34,430 bases of DNA from the NCBI GenBank assembly GCA_030616305.1, contig JAUWXQ010000002.1, positions 1 to 34,430 of the forward strand. The letters are read 5' to 3'. Within the stretch, counting starts at the first letter, position 1, and every line of letters starts with the position of its first letter. A program made the translations under genes and the position numbers. The notes beneath the pieces were generated by a model. It had not been told where the DNA came from, made no database searches, and worked only from the letters and a program-made list of their open reading frames with translations. Below are positions 18,614 to 26,751 of the stretch, piece by piece. The DNA is from Hadesarchaea archaeon. GTDB lineage: Archaea > Hadarchaeota > Hadarchaeia > Hadarchaeales > Hadarchaeaceae.

Positions 18614-19552
18614 TCATTCAAATTCAATTGTGGCTGGAGGCTTGCCTGACAGATCAAAAAGCACATGGGTGACGGTTGGAAGTTTTTCTGTTATCCTTTT
18701 CTCGATTCTACGCAGGGTTTCCCACGGCAGAGCAGTTGGCTCAGCCGTCATAGCGTCTTTAGATTGAACCACTCTTACGACAACTATCTCGCCGTATTTT
18801 CTCTTCCTGGTTTTTGTCACGCCTGTCGCCCTATCCCGCATGAGTACCGCGAAAGCCTGAAAACACGGCACATCCTTGGTCGCGTCTTCTACTATTGCAG
18901 TTGCTTCTCTGATGAGTTCTACCCGTTCAGATGTCACCTCGCCTAAAACCCTTATCGATAAACCTGGGCCTGGGAACGGTTTTCTTTCAACGACTTCGCG
19001 TGGAAGGCCAAGTGCTCGTGCCACCCCCCTGACCTGCGGCTTGTAGAGATCCTTCAGCGGCTCGAGAACTTTGTATCCATACCTCTCGAGCGGGCTGATG
19101 CCTATCTGTTCGAGCACGTTATGTTGAGTCTTTACTCCACCTTTTGTCTCGACCACATCCGCTGCGATTGTTCCTTGCAGCAAACAGTCCACCTCGAGCT
19201 CGCGCGCGAGACGGGCGAATGTCAGATAGAAAGCCTCCCTGAACGCTCTCCTTTTCTCTTCGGGATCCACCCTGCCCTTGAGAGCTTCGAAGAAATAGTC
19301 CTTCACATCATAAATTCTCGCCTTCATGCCTAATCGTCTGAGTATCTTCACAACCTCTTGGGGTTCGCCTTTTCGCATCAACCCGTCATCCAGGAAAATG
19401 ACCTTTGACCTCTCGCCTACCGCTTTGTGCCCGAGCGCGGCCGTGGTCATGCTGTCCACGCCCCCGGAAGTTGCGGCCAGCGCGTCACCATTACCGATGG
19501 TTTGCCTTAGCCACGCGATTTTTTCATCCATAAATTTTTCGGGTTTGAACAT
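18614..19552 (-). CDS. guaA: GMP synthase subunit B (ATP pyrophosphatase domain)
   Basis: It has the PP-loop ATSGGVDS and the C-terminus GKPPATIEFE. ATG 19552 (MFKPEKF) is preferred over TTG 19600. No glutaminase subunit lies adjacent. Confidence 0.88.
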   Translation of the reverse strand: MFKPEKFMDEKIAWLRQTIGNGDALAATSGGVDSMTTAALGHKAVGERSKVIFLDDGLMRKGEPQEVVKILRRLGMKARIYDVKDYFFEALKGRVDPEEKRRAFREAFYLTFARLARELEVDCLLQGTIAADVVETKGGVKTQHNVLEQIGISPLERYGYKVLEPLKDLYKPQVRGVARALGLPREVVERKPFPGPGLSIRVLGEVTSERVELIREATAIVEDATKDVPCFQAFAVLMRDRATGVTKTRKRKYGEIVVVRVVQSKDAMTAEPTALPWETLRRIEKRITEKLPTVTHVLFDLSGKPPATIEFE

Positions 19553-19717
19553 TGACGGAACTATTTTTCCGTGTCTTAAATAGATTCCTCCATGCTTCAA
19601 GGAGTTTTAATTTCAATTTGGGTTTTGGATAATTTGGCTATTGTACGGATTCCGACGAACTCCTTCATTAAGTTGATATCGGTCTCACCAATTTAGCGTT
19701 TCACATGTTTTTGCTAA

Positions 19718-20896
19718 TTAAGGCTTAATACCTTTTTTATACTTTTCAACCTTATCAAGTAACTTCACAATTTCTTTTTTGGTGATCTTTGGGCTCAGCA
19801 ATATTTGAAGCCTCTGTCCCCCCTCAAAATTTGTGACATCTGGTGGGAGAAAAACTCCGAAGTCAGGTACTTTTTTACTTTTTAAGAGATCACTTTTCAG
19901 CCTTCTGAGTATTTTGTTATACATTTCCGAAGGCACGTCCTTTCGGGACAGAATGCCCATACCTTCCTTGGCCAGGAGTTCGTGGGTTTCTCTTGAGCCA
20001 GCATATTTCAAAAATTTCATCGCTTTATCGTGGCCTGGAGCTCCTTTGAAGGCGATCCATGCGTTGCCTCCCACCACCATGGTGCGCTTAACTCGCGGGT
20101 TTATAGGTGGGAGAATAAAATAGTCGTAATCATCTCCAGGTGAGTAGTTATATGTTCGTTGCCACATTCCATCTACCCATTCCCCTTGGAGCTGCATCGC
20201 TGCTTCACGCCTGTTCAGCTTCATCCATGCCATAGGGAAGTTGTAAACATAGGGGTCTGGGTAGAAATATTCGTTAACCAATCTTTTCAGCCATTGATAT
20301 GCTTCTACTATTACAGAATCCGTCCAGCTTTCTTTTCCTTCCATCAGCCGAAGGTAAAAATCAGGGCCAGCCAGTCCTTTCAGAATGTGTTCGAACCAAA
20401 GAGAGGTTCCCCACCCACTAGTGATAATTGGGTACATTCCTTCTTCTTTCAGGGCCTCGCAGAGTTTTAAAAATTTGTCCCAGGTTTTAGGCGGGCGAAG
20501 CCCCTTCTCCCTAAAAACATCTGTCAGATACCAAACTGCAAAAGTGAACTCTTTTGAGGGTACCCCATAAATTTTGTTGCCTACTCTGCAACCTTTTTTC
20601 ATTTCACTGGGGAAGACTTTAGAATACCCCTCTTCTTGCCAAAGGTCCGTGAGTTCAATGAGGTGACCACCCTCTGCAAATTTTATCAGCCTTTGCCCTA
20701 TTTCAGTGGTGGATACGTTAGGTGGGTTCTCCTCTGCAATTTTGGCCCATAAAGTTGGGAAGTAGACTCCCCACGTTAAAGCTTGGGTTTGGACGTTAAT
20801 TGAGGGGAACTTCTTTCTAAACTTACGCATGAAAGAATTCACAGGCAATTTCTCAGGGCCAGCCCAGAAATGATATATTTGTAGCTTTTTCCCCAT
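19718..20896 (-). CDS. Family-1 extracellular solute-binding-protein homologue (sugar ABC SBP fold) lacking any signal peptide or anchor
   Basis: The N-terminus KKLQIYHFWAGPE...FRKKFPSINV matches the start of mature SBP_bac_1 proteins. There is an in-frame TAA 8 codons upstream of the ATG. I see no TM segment, lipobox, class III signal or C-terminal anchor, and no ABC permease or ATPase nearby. Confidence 0.7.
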   Translation of the reverse strand: MGKKLQIYHFWAGPEKLPVNSFMRKFRKKFPSINVQTQALTWGVYFPTLWAKIAEENPPNVSTTEIGQRLIKFAEGGHLIELTDLWQEEGYSKVFPSEMKKGCRVGNKIYGVPSKEFTFAVWYLTDVFREKGLRPPKTWDKFLKLCEALKEEGMYPIITSGWGTSLWFEHILKGLAGPDFYLRLMEGKESWTDSVIVEAYQWLKRLVNEYFYPDPYVYNFPMAWMKLNRREAAMQLQGEWVDGMWQRTYNYSPGDDYDYFILPPINPRVKRTMVVGGNAWIAFKGAPGHDKAMKFLKYAGSRETHELLAKEGMGILSRKDVPSEMYNKILRRLKSDLLKSKKVPDFGVFLPPDVTNFEGGQRLQILLSPKITKKEIVKLLDKVEKYKKGIKP

Positions 20897-20940
20897 ATAA
20901 TCAACTTTTGTTAGTTCTTATCTTAAAAATCATCCTTAAT

Positions 20941-21810
20941 TCACCTCAATCTCTGAAGCATTGCCACTCGGGAGATCACGAGCCCGGCCCGATTAGTAAT
21001 TTCGATGTTAAACGAGGCGAGCCTTTCCTCGATGTGGGGCAAAAGCCCTCGAAATTTTTCGAAGTACATCAACCGCTGTCTTTTAACAGTACCAGCCTGC
21101 ATCCATTCAAATTTTAATATACCATCGAAACAGGATTTTATTTCAGTTTCTATTTTACTGTCCAAGGCGCCCGGTGTAAAAATAGCGTAAATCAGCCCGT
21201 CCCATATTTTTGCCATGCGCTGAAGTCCAAGCAAAAAAGATATGAGCCATTTCTGGTCATCCCCATAGAGCCTAGCCAAATCGTTTAAAGAGTGGAGGAT
21301 TACCACGCTGTTTTTGGCATTTTTGTTCAGGGCATCAACCACGCTTGTTCTTATTTCTCCTTTCCTGGTTTTTTTTGTTGCTCCCATTTTATGGGTCCAT
21401 TCGGGTGGAACCTGCAGATTCGCGAAATACTCAGATGAAAGGTCTTTGAAATTTACATTTTCTTCAAACAGCTCACGAAATTCTGAACTGAAACTTCGGG
21501 CAATTTCGTCGATTATGTCAGACCTTGACCTTGAGAAGGAAATGTAGCAAATTTGTTCCGGTAAACCTACTCCCTCACGTAACCCGGGGGCGAGACGGCT
21601 TTTCTTTATAGCGGCAAACGTGGTGGCAGAGGTATACGCGAACTCCACATTCCCGCTCCCTTCCTCCCCGGAAAGAAGAACCAATGAACCTGAGGGGAAG
21701 CCTCCCCCTACGATGGCATCTAAAGAAGAAACTCCACTTGGGATCCGCTTTAAAATTTTTGCCACCAATACTAACCCCTCGCGTTTACTTCTCCTTTTTC
21801 GGTTCCACAA
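20941..21810 (-). CDS. KaiC/RecA-superfamily (ArlH/FlaH-like) protein with degenerate Walker A and B
   Basis: The RecA-like N-terminus reads IPSGVSSLDAIVGGGFPSGSLVLLSGEEGSGNVEF, so Asn-Val replaces the P-loop Lys-Ser/Thr. The Walker B position reads VVILHSLNDL, with His replacing Asp. The start overlaps the upstream MinD-like gene by 26 nt. Confidence 0.7.
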   Translation of the reverse strand: MWNRKRRSKREGLVLVAKILKRIPSGVSSLDAIVGGGFPSGSLVLLSGEEGSGNVEFAYTSATTFAAIKKSRLAPGLREGVGLPEQICYISFSRSRSDIIDEIARSFSSEFRELFEENVNFKDLSSEYFANLQVPPEWTHKMGATKKTRKGEIRTSVVDALNKNAKNSVVILHSLNDLARLYGDDQKWLISFLLGLQRMAKIWDGLIYAIFTPGALDSKIETEIKSCFDGILKFEWMQAGTVKRQRLMYFEKFRGLLPHIEERLASFNIEITNRAGLVISRVAMLQRLR

Positions 21811-22540
21811 CGGCAGGGGGGGCCGCTTCTTTTATCAAATTTTTAGCAAGAATTCGCAGGGCCTTGGAAGCATTGCTATTAGGCTTACGCACCATCAGGG
21901 GTTTGTGCAATGCCAAGGATTTGATGATTTCCTCGTCCTCCGGGATAGTGCCGATGACGTTACTCCCCAACCTCATTTCAACTTCGGTCTTCCTCAATTG
22001 GGGCATCTTCCCAATCCATTTTTTTCTTATCCTGTTCAAGACCACACCTCTTGTCCTGATGTCGAGCACTTCAAGGGCAGTTTTTAACTTGAGCGCATCG
22101 GCGACAGAGAGTTCGTCAGGAGTTACTACCAAGAAAATTTCTTCTACAGCTTTCAGCGCGCCGAGGACATAGTTGTTCAATCCAGATGGCGTGTCTACTA
22201 GGATAAATTCATACTGGTCCTTAATCGACATAATGATTTTTTTAAGCAGGCGGATGTCCGCTTGAAGAAAACTATCAAGTGAAGAACTAGATGGGATGAC
22301 AGCTAAATTTGCGGGGCCCTTATAAATTGCGTGTTGAATTTTTTTAGATTTGGCGAGAACTTCACACAAAGTTATGGGGGGTTCTGAGATCCCTAGAAGG
22401 CTACCAAGGTTTGGCATGGGGATATCAGCATCCACAACCAGAGTTTTTTGTTTATATCTCGCTAGGGCGATACCTAAATTCGCAACTATTGTACTTTTAC
22501 CAACACCGCCTTTTCCTGAAGCAAAACCGTAAATTTTCAT
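21785..22540 (-). CDS. MinD/ParA-family ATPase, pilus-locus paralogue
   Basis: It has the deviant Walker A ASGKGGVGKST, VVDAD and ILVDTPSG, and a C-terminal Pro/Lys tail. It is the first gene of the minus-strand operon. Confidence 0.85.
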   Translation of the reverse strand: MKIYGFASGKGGVGKSTIVANLGIALARYKQKTLVVDADIPMPNLGSLLGISEPPITLCEVLAKSKKIQHAIYKGPANLAVIPSSSSLDSFLQADIRLLKKIIMSIKDQYEFILVDTPSGLNNYVLGALKAVEEIFLVVTPDELSVADALKLKTALEVLDIRTRGVVLNRIRKKWIGKMPQLRKTEVEMRLGSNVIGTIPEDEEIIKSLALHKPLMVRKPNSNASKALRILAKNLIKEAAPPAVVEPKKEK

Positions 22541-22570
22541 CTCGCTCCCTTGCGAGGTTGGTCCCCCGCA

Positions 22571-22580
22571 TATAAAAATA
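22571..22580 (-). promoter_or_regulatory. TATA-like box for the MinD/KaiC-like/SBP-like operon
   Basis: TATAAAAATA (TATTTTTATA on the minus strand) lies 31-40 nt upstream of start codon 22540, which implies a very short leader. Confidence 0.35.
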
Positions 22581-22602
22581 GTGTGGTGAAATTTTGGGGT
22601 GA

Positions 22603-22610
22603 TTTTATAA
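22603..22610 (+). promoter_or_regulatory. TATA-like box for the pilus ATPase/platform operon
   Basis: TTTTATAA lies 26-33 nt upstream of ATG 22636, which suggests a leaderless or near-leaderless transcript. Confidence 0.35.
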
Positions 22611-22635
22611 AGTTCAAAAACAGTTTTTATATTGG

Positions 22636-24438
22636 ATGAAAATGGCTAGAAAAAAGAAGAGGGTTATAAGAAAAAAGAAGCGCAAGGTGCCTTCTATCCT
22701 CAAAAAACCAACAATTAGTTCTAAGCCCAGGTTAAAAAGGAAAAAGGCCCTGCATAAAAAACTTGAGGAAAAATTAGTCCTTAAGGGTAGACGAAAAAAA
22801 TCAAGATTGGATGTCCTAGACGAACATACTGCCGTTGAGGAGATTACCAAGGGTTTCGCTAAGCTTAAACCGGCCCCAACGAAGCGCTCAGTGGTTTCGA
22901 TTGAGGGCCTCCCCACCTATAACACGATAATTCATGGCCCCATGGCCGTCTTCCCAGGAGTTCCAGGATACAATGAGCTAGAAAGGTACTGGGTTGACGA
23001 GCCATTTGCCTTTGCAGTGATTTTAGAAAATCCCGAGACCAACTCTCGCCTCTACTACTTGGTGGAACCCATCCCAACTGAATCGGAGCAGGAGTTGCTC
23101 AGCACAATAGTAGAACGGATGAGGGGGAGCATCCCGTACGTAGGAACGCCTGCCGATAAGGAAAAATTTCTGGCAAAAAAGGTCGTGGAATTCCTAGGTG
23201 GCATTGGCATACTTTTCGACCCGAAATTGGTCCATAAGATAGCTTATTTCGTCAGCAGAAGCTGCTTGGGCCTCGGGGAGATAGACCCACTTACCAAGGA
23301 TCCGAACATTGAGGACATCGGTTGCAACGGGTTGAATGCCCCTTTGTTTCTCTACCACCGAAAATATTACAACATCCCAACCAATCTCACCTTCACCGAC
23401 GCCCAACGTTTGAACTCCTTTGTGATAAGCTTGGTCGAGCGGACTGGAAAGATGATATCATTTGGGCGCCCTACCGTAGACGGGACGCTTCCAGACGGTT
23501 CTAGGCTACAGGCCACTCTTGGGGACGAGGTGACTACTAGGGGAAGTACTTTCACCATCCGCAAATTCGCGAAGGAGCCTTTTACTCCCATCCACCTCAT
23601 TAAATACAACACTTACTCTCCCGAGATGCTGGCATACCTCTGGTTGATGGTAGAAAATAAGAAGAACCTCATGTTTATCGGGGAGACGGCGTGTGGAAAG
23701 ACCTCCAGCCTAAACGCTATCTCCCTCTTCATCGCCCCAGATGCCAAGATAGTATCCTTGGAGGAAACCCGAGAACTCACCTTTTATCAGGAGAACTGGA
23801 TTCCAAATGTCACTAGGGAAGTCATAGGGGGAGAAGTCCCGATAACACTCTACGACCTCCTCCGCCAAGCCCTGAGACAGAGGCCGGAGGTTCTAGTGGT
23901 TGGAGAGGTCCGAGGCCAAGAGGGATTAACTCTGTTCCAGGCGATGTCGACGGGACACACGTGCTATTCCACCCTTCACGCCAGCGCCGTGGAAGAAGCG
24001 GTGAACCGATTGGAGGGGGCCCCCATAAATGTTCCCCACAACATGCTAGCGTCCTTGGATGTCGCTTGCTTCCAGTCAATCGCCTATTTAGGCAAGCGAA
24101 GGGTGAGGAGGACCAATACCATCGTGGAGTTCACGGGGCTGGATCCGGCTACAGGTGGCCTCAGAATAAACGAGGTCTTCAAGTGGGATCCAAGCAGAGA
24201 TCGGTATGAGCAGGTTGGGGAGTTTATGATTGTTCGGGAGATAATGGAGGCGAGGGGATGGACCCACACGGAGCTCGAGCGTGAACTTAAAGATAGAGTC
24301 GAGCTTCTCAAGTACCTTGCGGATAACGATATCGTGAGGTACGATGAAGTGGCCCCCGTCATGCGTAACTTTTACGCCAACCCGGAGAAGCTACTAAAAC
24401 AAATAAAAGGAAAGGGAAGAAAATCCAAGGGGGGTTAG
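22636..24438 (+). CDS. Type IV pilus/archaellum-type secretion ATPase (ArlI/FlaI/PilB-GspE family) with a polybasic N-terminal extension
   Basis: It has Walker A GETACGKTS, the Asp box/Walker B PEVLVVGEVRGQE and the His box TGHTCYSTLHAS. An N-terminal YWVDEPFAFAVI...YYLVEP motif is typical of FlaI-like proteins. Roughly the first 57 aa are very rich in Lys/Arg. Confidence 0.9.
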   Translation: MKMARKKKRVIRKKKRKVPSILKKPTISSKPRLKRKKALHKKLEEKLVLKGRRKKSRLDVLDEHTAVEEITKGFAKLKPAPTKRSVVSIEGLPTYNTIIHGPMAVFPGVPGYNELERYWVDEPFAFAVILENPETNSRLYYLVEPIPTESEQELLSTIVERMRGSIPYVGTPADKEKFLAKKVVEFLGGIGILFDPKLVHKIAYFVSRSCLGLGEIDPLTKDPNIEDIGCNGLNAPLFLYHRKYYNIPTNLTFTDAQRLNSFVISLVERTGKMISFGRPTVDGTLPDGSRLQATLGDEVTTRGSTFTIRKFAKEPFTPIHLIKYNTYSPEMLAYLWLMVENKKNLMFIGETACGKTSSLNAISLFIAPDAKIVSLEETRELTFYQENWIPNVTREVIGGEVPITLYDLLRQALRQRPEVLVVGEVRGQEGLTLFQAMSTGHTCYSTLHASAVEEAVNRLEGAPINVPHNMLASLDVACFQSIAYLGKRRVRRTNTIVEFTGLDPATGGLRINEVFKWDPSRDRYEQVGEFMIVREIMEARGWTHTELERELKDRVELLKYLADNDIVRYDEVAPVMRNFYANPEKLLKQIKGKGRKSKGG

Positions 24439-24491
24439 TTCTCCGGATTCCTCATGTGGATTAACATGTTCATTTCCTCGAGGCGGTCTCC

Positions 24492-26261
24492 ATGAACATC
24501 TTTTCAAAAGTGGGTTTGAAACTATTCGGTAAGTGGTTGAAGAAAAGGCGCTATGTTGCCCACCGGCGAACACTCACAAGGGCACGTATACCTACCCCTG
24601 TTTTGGAATATGTGGCGATGACCTGGGCTGTCTTCATCGTTGCAGGGGCCGTAGGGGCAGTTATGGGTTTTCTCCTCGGTTATCTACTTGGAGTTTCAGG
24701 TATCTCCTTGGTTTTGCTGATGGTTTTTCTCACCGCCATCCTCGGGCTCGGAACATATGAGGTGTTGATGGTTTATCCTTCTATGAGAGCAGGGGGACTC
24801 AGGGAAAAAATAGACTTGATGATGCCCGAAGTAGCATCCTACCTTTATGCAATGACCAGCGGAGGCGTCGGGCTGAGAGAGTCATTTAAATCTTTGAGCG
24901 AGCTGGGGGATGAATACGGTGAGGCAGCGAAAGAGTGCGGCATGGTGGTAAGGGAGGTGGAGTATTTTGGCCGCGATATTCCAACTGCTCTTGCCAATGC
25001 TGCCGAGGCAAGTCCATCTGATAAGTTCAGGGATTTTTTGTCGTCTCTCCTAACGGTGGTTCAAACGGGTGGGAACATTCCGAATTACTTCGCTGATAAG
25101 AGCAAGCAGTATCGGACCGAGTTCGCGCAGCAGCAAAAAACTACCTTGGAATCTCTTGGGATCCTAGCGGAAAGTTATGTGATTGCACTCGGGTTGGGTC
25201 CACTGTTAATACTTCTAATACTCATGACACTCGGCACCATGGGCATGTTTTATGGTCCAGCCATCTATATTGTGACGTATGTAGTCATCCCTATGGGATC
25301 TATCGGTTTTTTGGTGGTTTTGGGATCTTTTATCAAGGGGCGCGGTAAGCGGGTGAAGGTTATTCCCGAAGGGGCGCCCTCCCGTCGTCGAGCAAAAAGA
25401 AAACAGACATTTGGCGTCATGCTGAGAAATCTCAAGACGTTAATGTCTGCAGAGCCTGTCTATACAATGATGGTCTCCATTCCGGTAGCGATGGTTTTCC
25501 TAATGCTCACCTTCTTATTGGTGGGTATCAGTGAGGGCGTTGTAATATTCGCGATCGCGATAGTCCTTCTTCCCCTCATATTAGTTTACGAGACACAGAC
25601 AAGAAGGACAAGGGAGGTTGAGAGGTGGATGCCAGATTTCCTCAGAGGACTTTCGAGCGCCATCAGGTCAGGCCTGCCCCTATCCCGTGCGATTTCCACT
25701 CTCTCGACAACTCGTCTGGGGGCCCTAACACCTTATCTGAAAAAGATGCAAGCCACTCTCCATTGGGGAGGAACCAGCGAAGACGCGTTGACGAGATTTG
25801 CTGAATCCACTAGGAGCGTATCTGTTTCGAGGGTTGTTACCCTGATGAAGGGCTCAACCATTGCCGGGGGAAAGAGTGATGTGGTGTTGGACATAGCTTC
25901 AGAGGATTTTTTAGCTGCGCAGACCTTGGAAAGGGAAAGAAGCGGGGCGATGGCAAGCTACATGCTCATCGTTTACGTCACTTTCGCGACTTTCGTGTTC
26001 ACAGCATTTGCACTGTGTTCTTTCATGTTCACCCTCTCACCCCAGACGCCCACAGGTGTAGCTGGCGGTATTCCGCTGTTATCGGGGGGCATGAATCCGG
26101 CGCTTGTCAAGCAGATATTTTTCCACGCGGTCCTTATTCAGGGTTTTTGTTCAGGGTTGATAGCGGGGAAAATGAGCGGCGGAAATGTTTTGGCAGGGCT
26201 GAAGCACTCACTGATAATGCTTGTAGCCGGCTATGTGATATTTATCCTTTTCATCCTCTAG
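24492..26261 (+). CDS. Type IV pilus platform membrane protein (ArlJ/FlaJ/TadC, T2SS-F family)
   Basis: The 589-aa polytopic membrane protein has two cytoplasmic T2SSF-like repeats separated by TM bundles. It immediately follows the ATPase. Confidence 0.85.
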   Translation: MNIFSKVGLKLFGKWLKKRRYVAHRRTLTRARIPTPVLEYVAMTWAVFIVAGAVGAVMGFLLGYLLGVSGISLVLLMVFLTAILGLGTYEVLMVYPSMRAGGLREKIDLMMPEVASYLYAMTSGGVGLRESFKSLSELGDEYGEAAKECGMVVREVEYFGRDIPTALANAAEASPSDKFRDFLSSLLTVVQTGGNIPNYFADKSKQYRTEFAQQQKTTLESLGILAESYVIALGLGPLLILLILMTLGTMGMFYGPAIYIVTYVVIPMGSIGFLVVLGSFIKGRGKRVKVIPEGAPSRRRAKRKQTFGVMLRNLKTLMSAEPVYTMMVSIPVAMVFLMLTFLLVGISEGVVIFAIAIVLLPLILVYETQTRRTREVERWMPDFLRGLSSAIRSGLPLSRAISTLSTTRLGALTPYLKKMQATLHWGGTSEDALTRFAESTRSVSVSRVVTLMKGSTIAGGKSDVVLDIASEDFLAAQTLERERSGAMASYMLIVYVTFATFVFTAFALCSFMFTLSPQTPTGVAGGIPLLSGGMNPALVKQIFFHAVLIQGFCSGLIAGKMSGGNVLAGLKHSLIMLVAGYVIFILFIL

Positions 26262-26349
26262 AGATAGGCTCGTCTGGAAACTAATAGGGCAAGGGGACGT
26301 TTTTCCATCACCTTTTTAAGTCCCGGTTTGTCAGTTTAATAAGAGAAAA

Positions 26350-26751
26350 ATGAGATTCTGGCCCATATCTGCGCTGGGTATTTGCCTATTTTTTATTGTA
26401 GCGATAGTATGCGGGCTCTCCACCACTACCGAGGTTGAAGTAGATACCCCAAGTTACATGCGCGGGAGTTTCACTACCGCTCCCTCAAAGGTGGAGATTT
26501 TACCGAATGAAGGCCTTTTGTTGATGTTAGCAGGGAGTTTATCTTTAATCATCCTCCCGGTAGTTTACGAATTGAGCGGAGGCGTTCAATTTAAACTCAG
26601 AAGAGAGAGGTCAAACTTTGGGTTTTCCCTGGCCCGAGTTAAGACGGTTGAGCTTGGCGTGTCTGAGAGCGATCTAGCAGTAATTGGAGAGAGAACTAAA
26701 GAGGCTGTGCGGCAATTAAGACGGGTTAGCAGAGAAGAAGCGGCAGAATAG
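26350..26751 (+). CDS. Hypothetical membrane protein (2 predicted TM segments, charged C-terminal helix)
   Basis: The hydrophobic segments are ISALGICLFFIVAIVCGL and LLLMLAGSLSLIILPVV. It lies in the operon position after the platform gene. I recognise no family. Confidence 0.5.
   Translation: MRFWPISALGICLFFIVAIVCGLSTTTEVEVDTPSYMRGSFTTAPSKVEILPNEGLLLMLAGSLSLIILPVVYELSGGVQFKLRRERSNFGFSLARVKTVELGVSESDLAVIGERTKEAVRQLRRVSREEAAE

Noticed and set aside
19601-19717. Intergenic region checked for a tRNA or small RNA (GGAGTT...AACTCC long-range pairing)
   Set aside because: Only a 6-bp complementarity is present. There is no cloverleaf, no T-loop consensus and no C/D-box pattern.
22636-22830. Multiple A6-A7 homopolymer tracts at the 5' end of the pilus ATPase gene, considered as slippage or phase-variation sites
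   Set aside because: The tracts are the direct consequence of runs of AAA/AAG Lys codons. One sequence gives no evidence of length variation.
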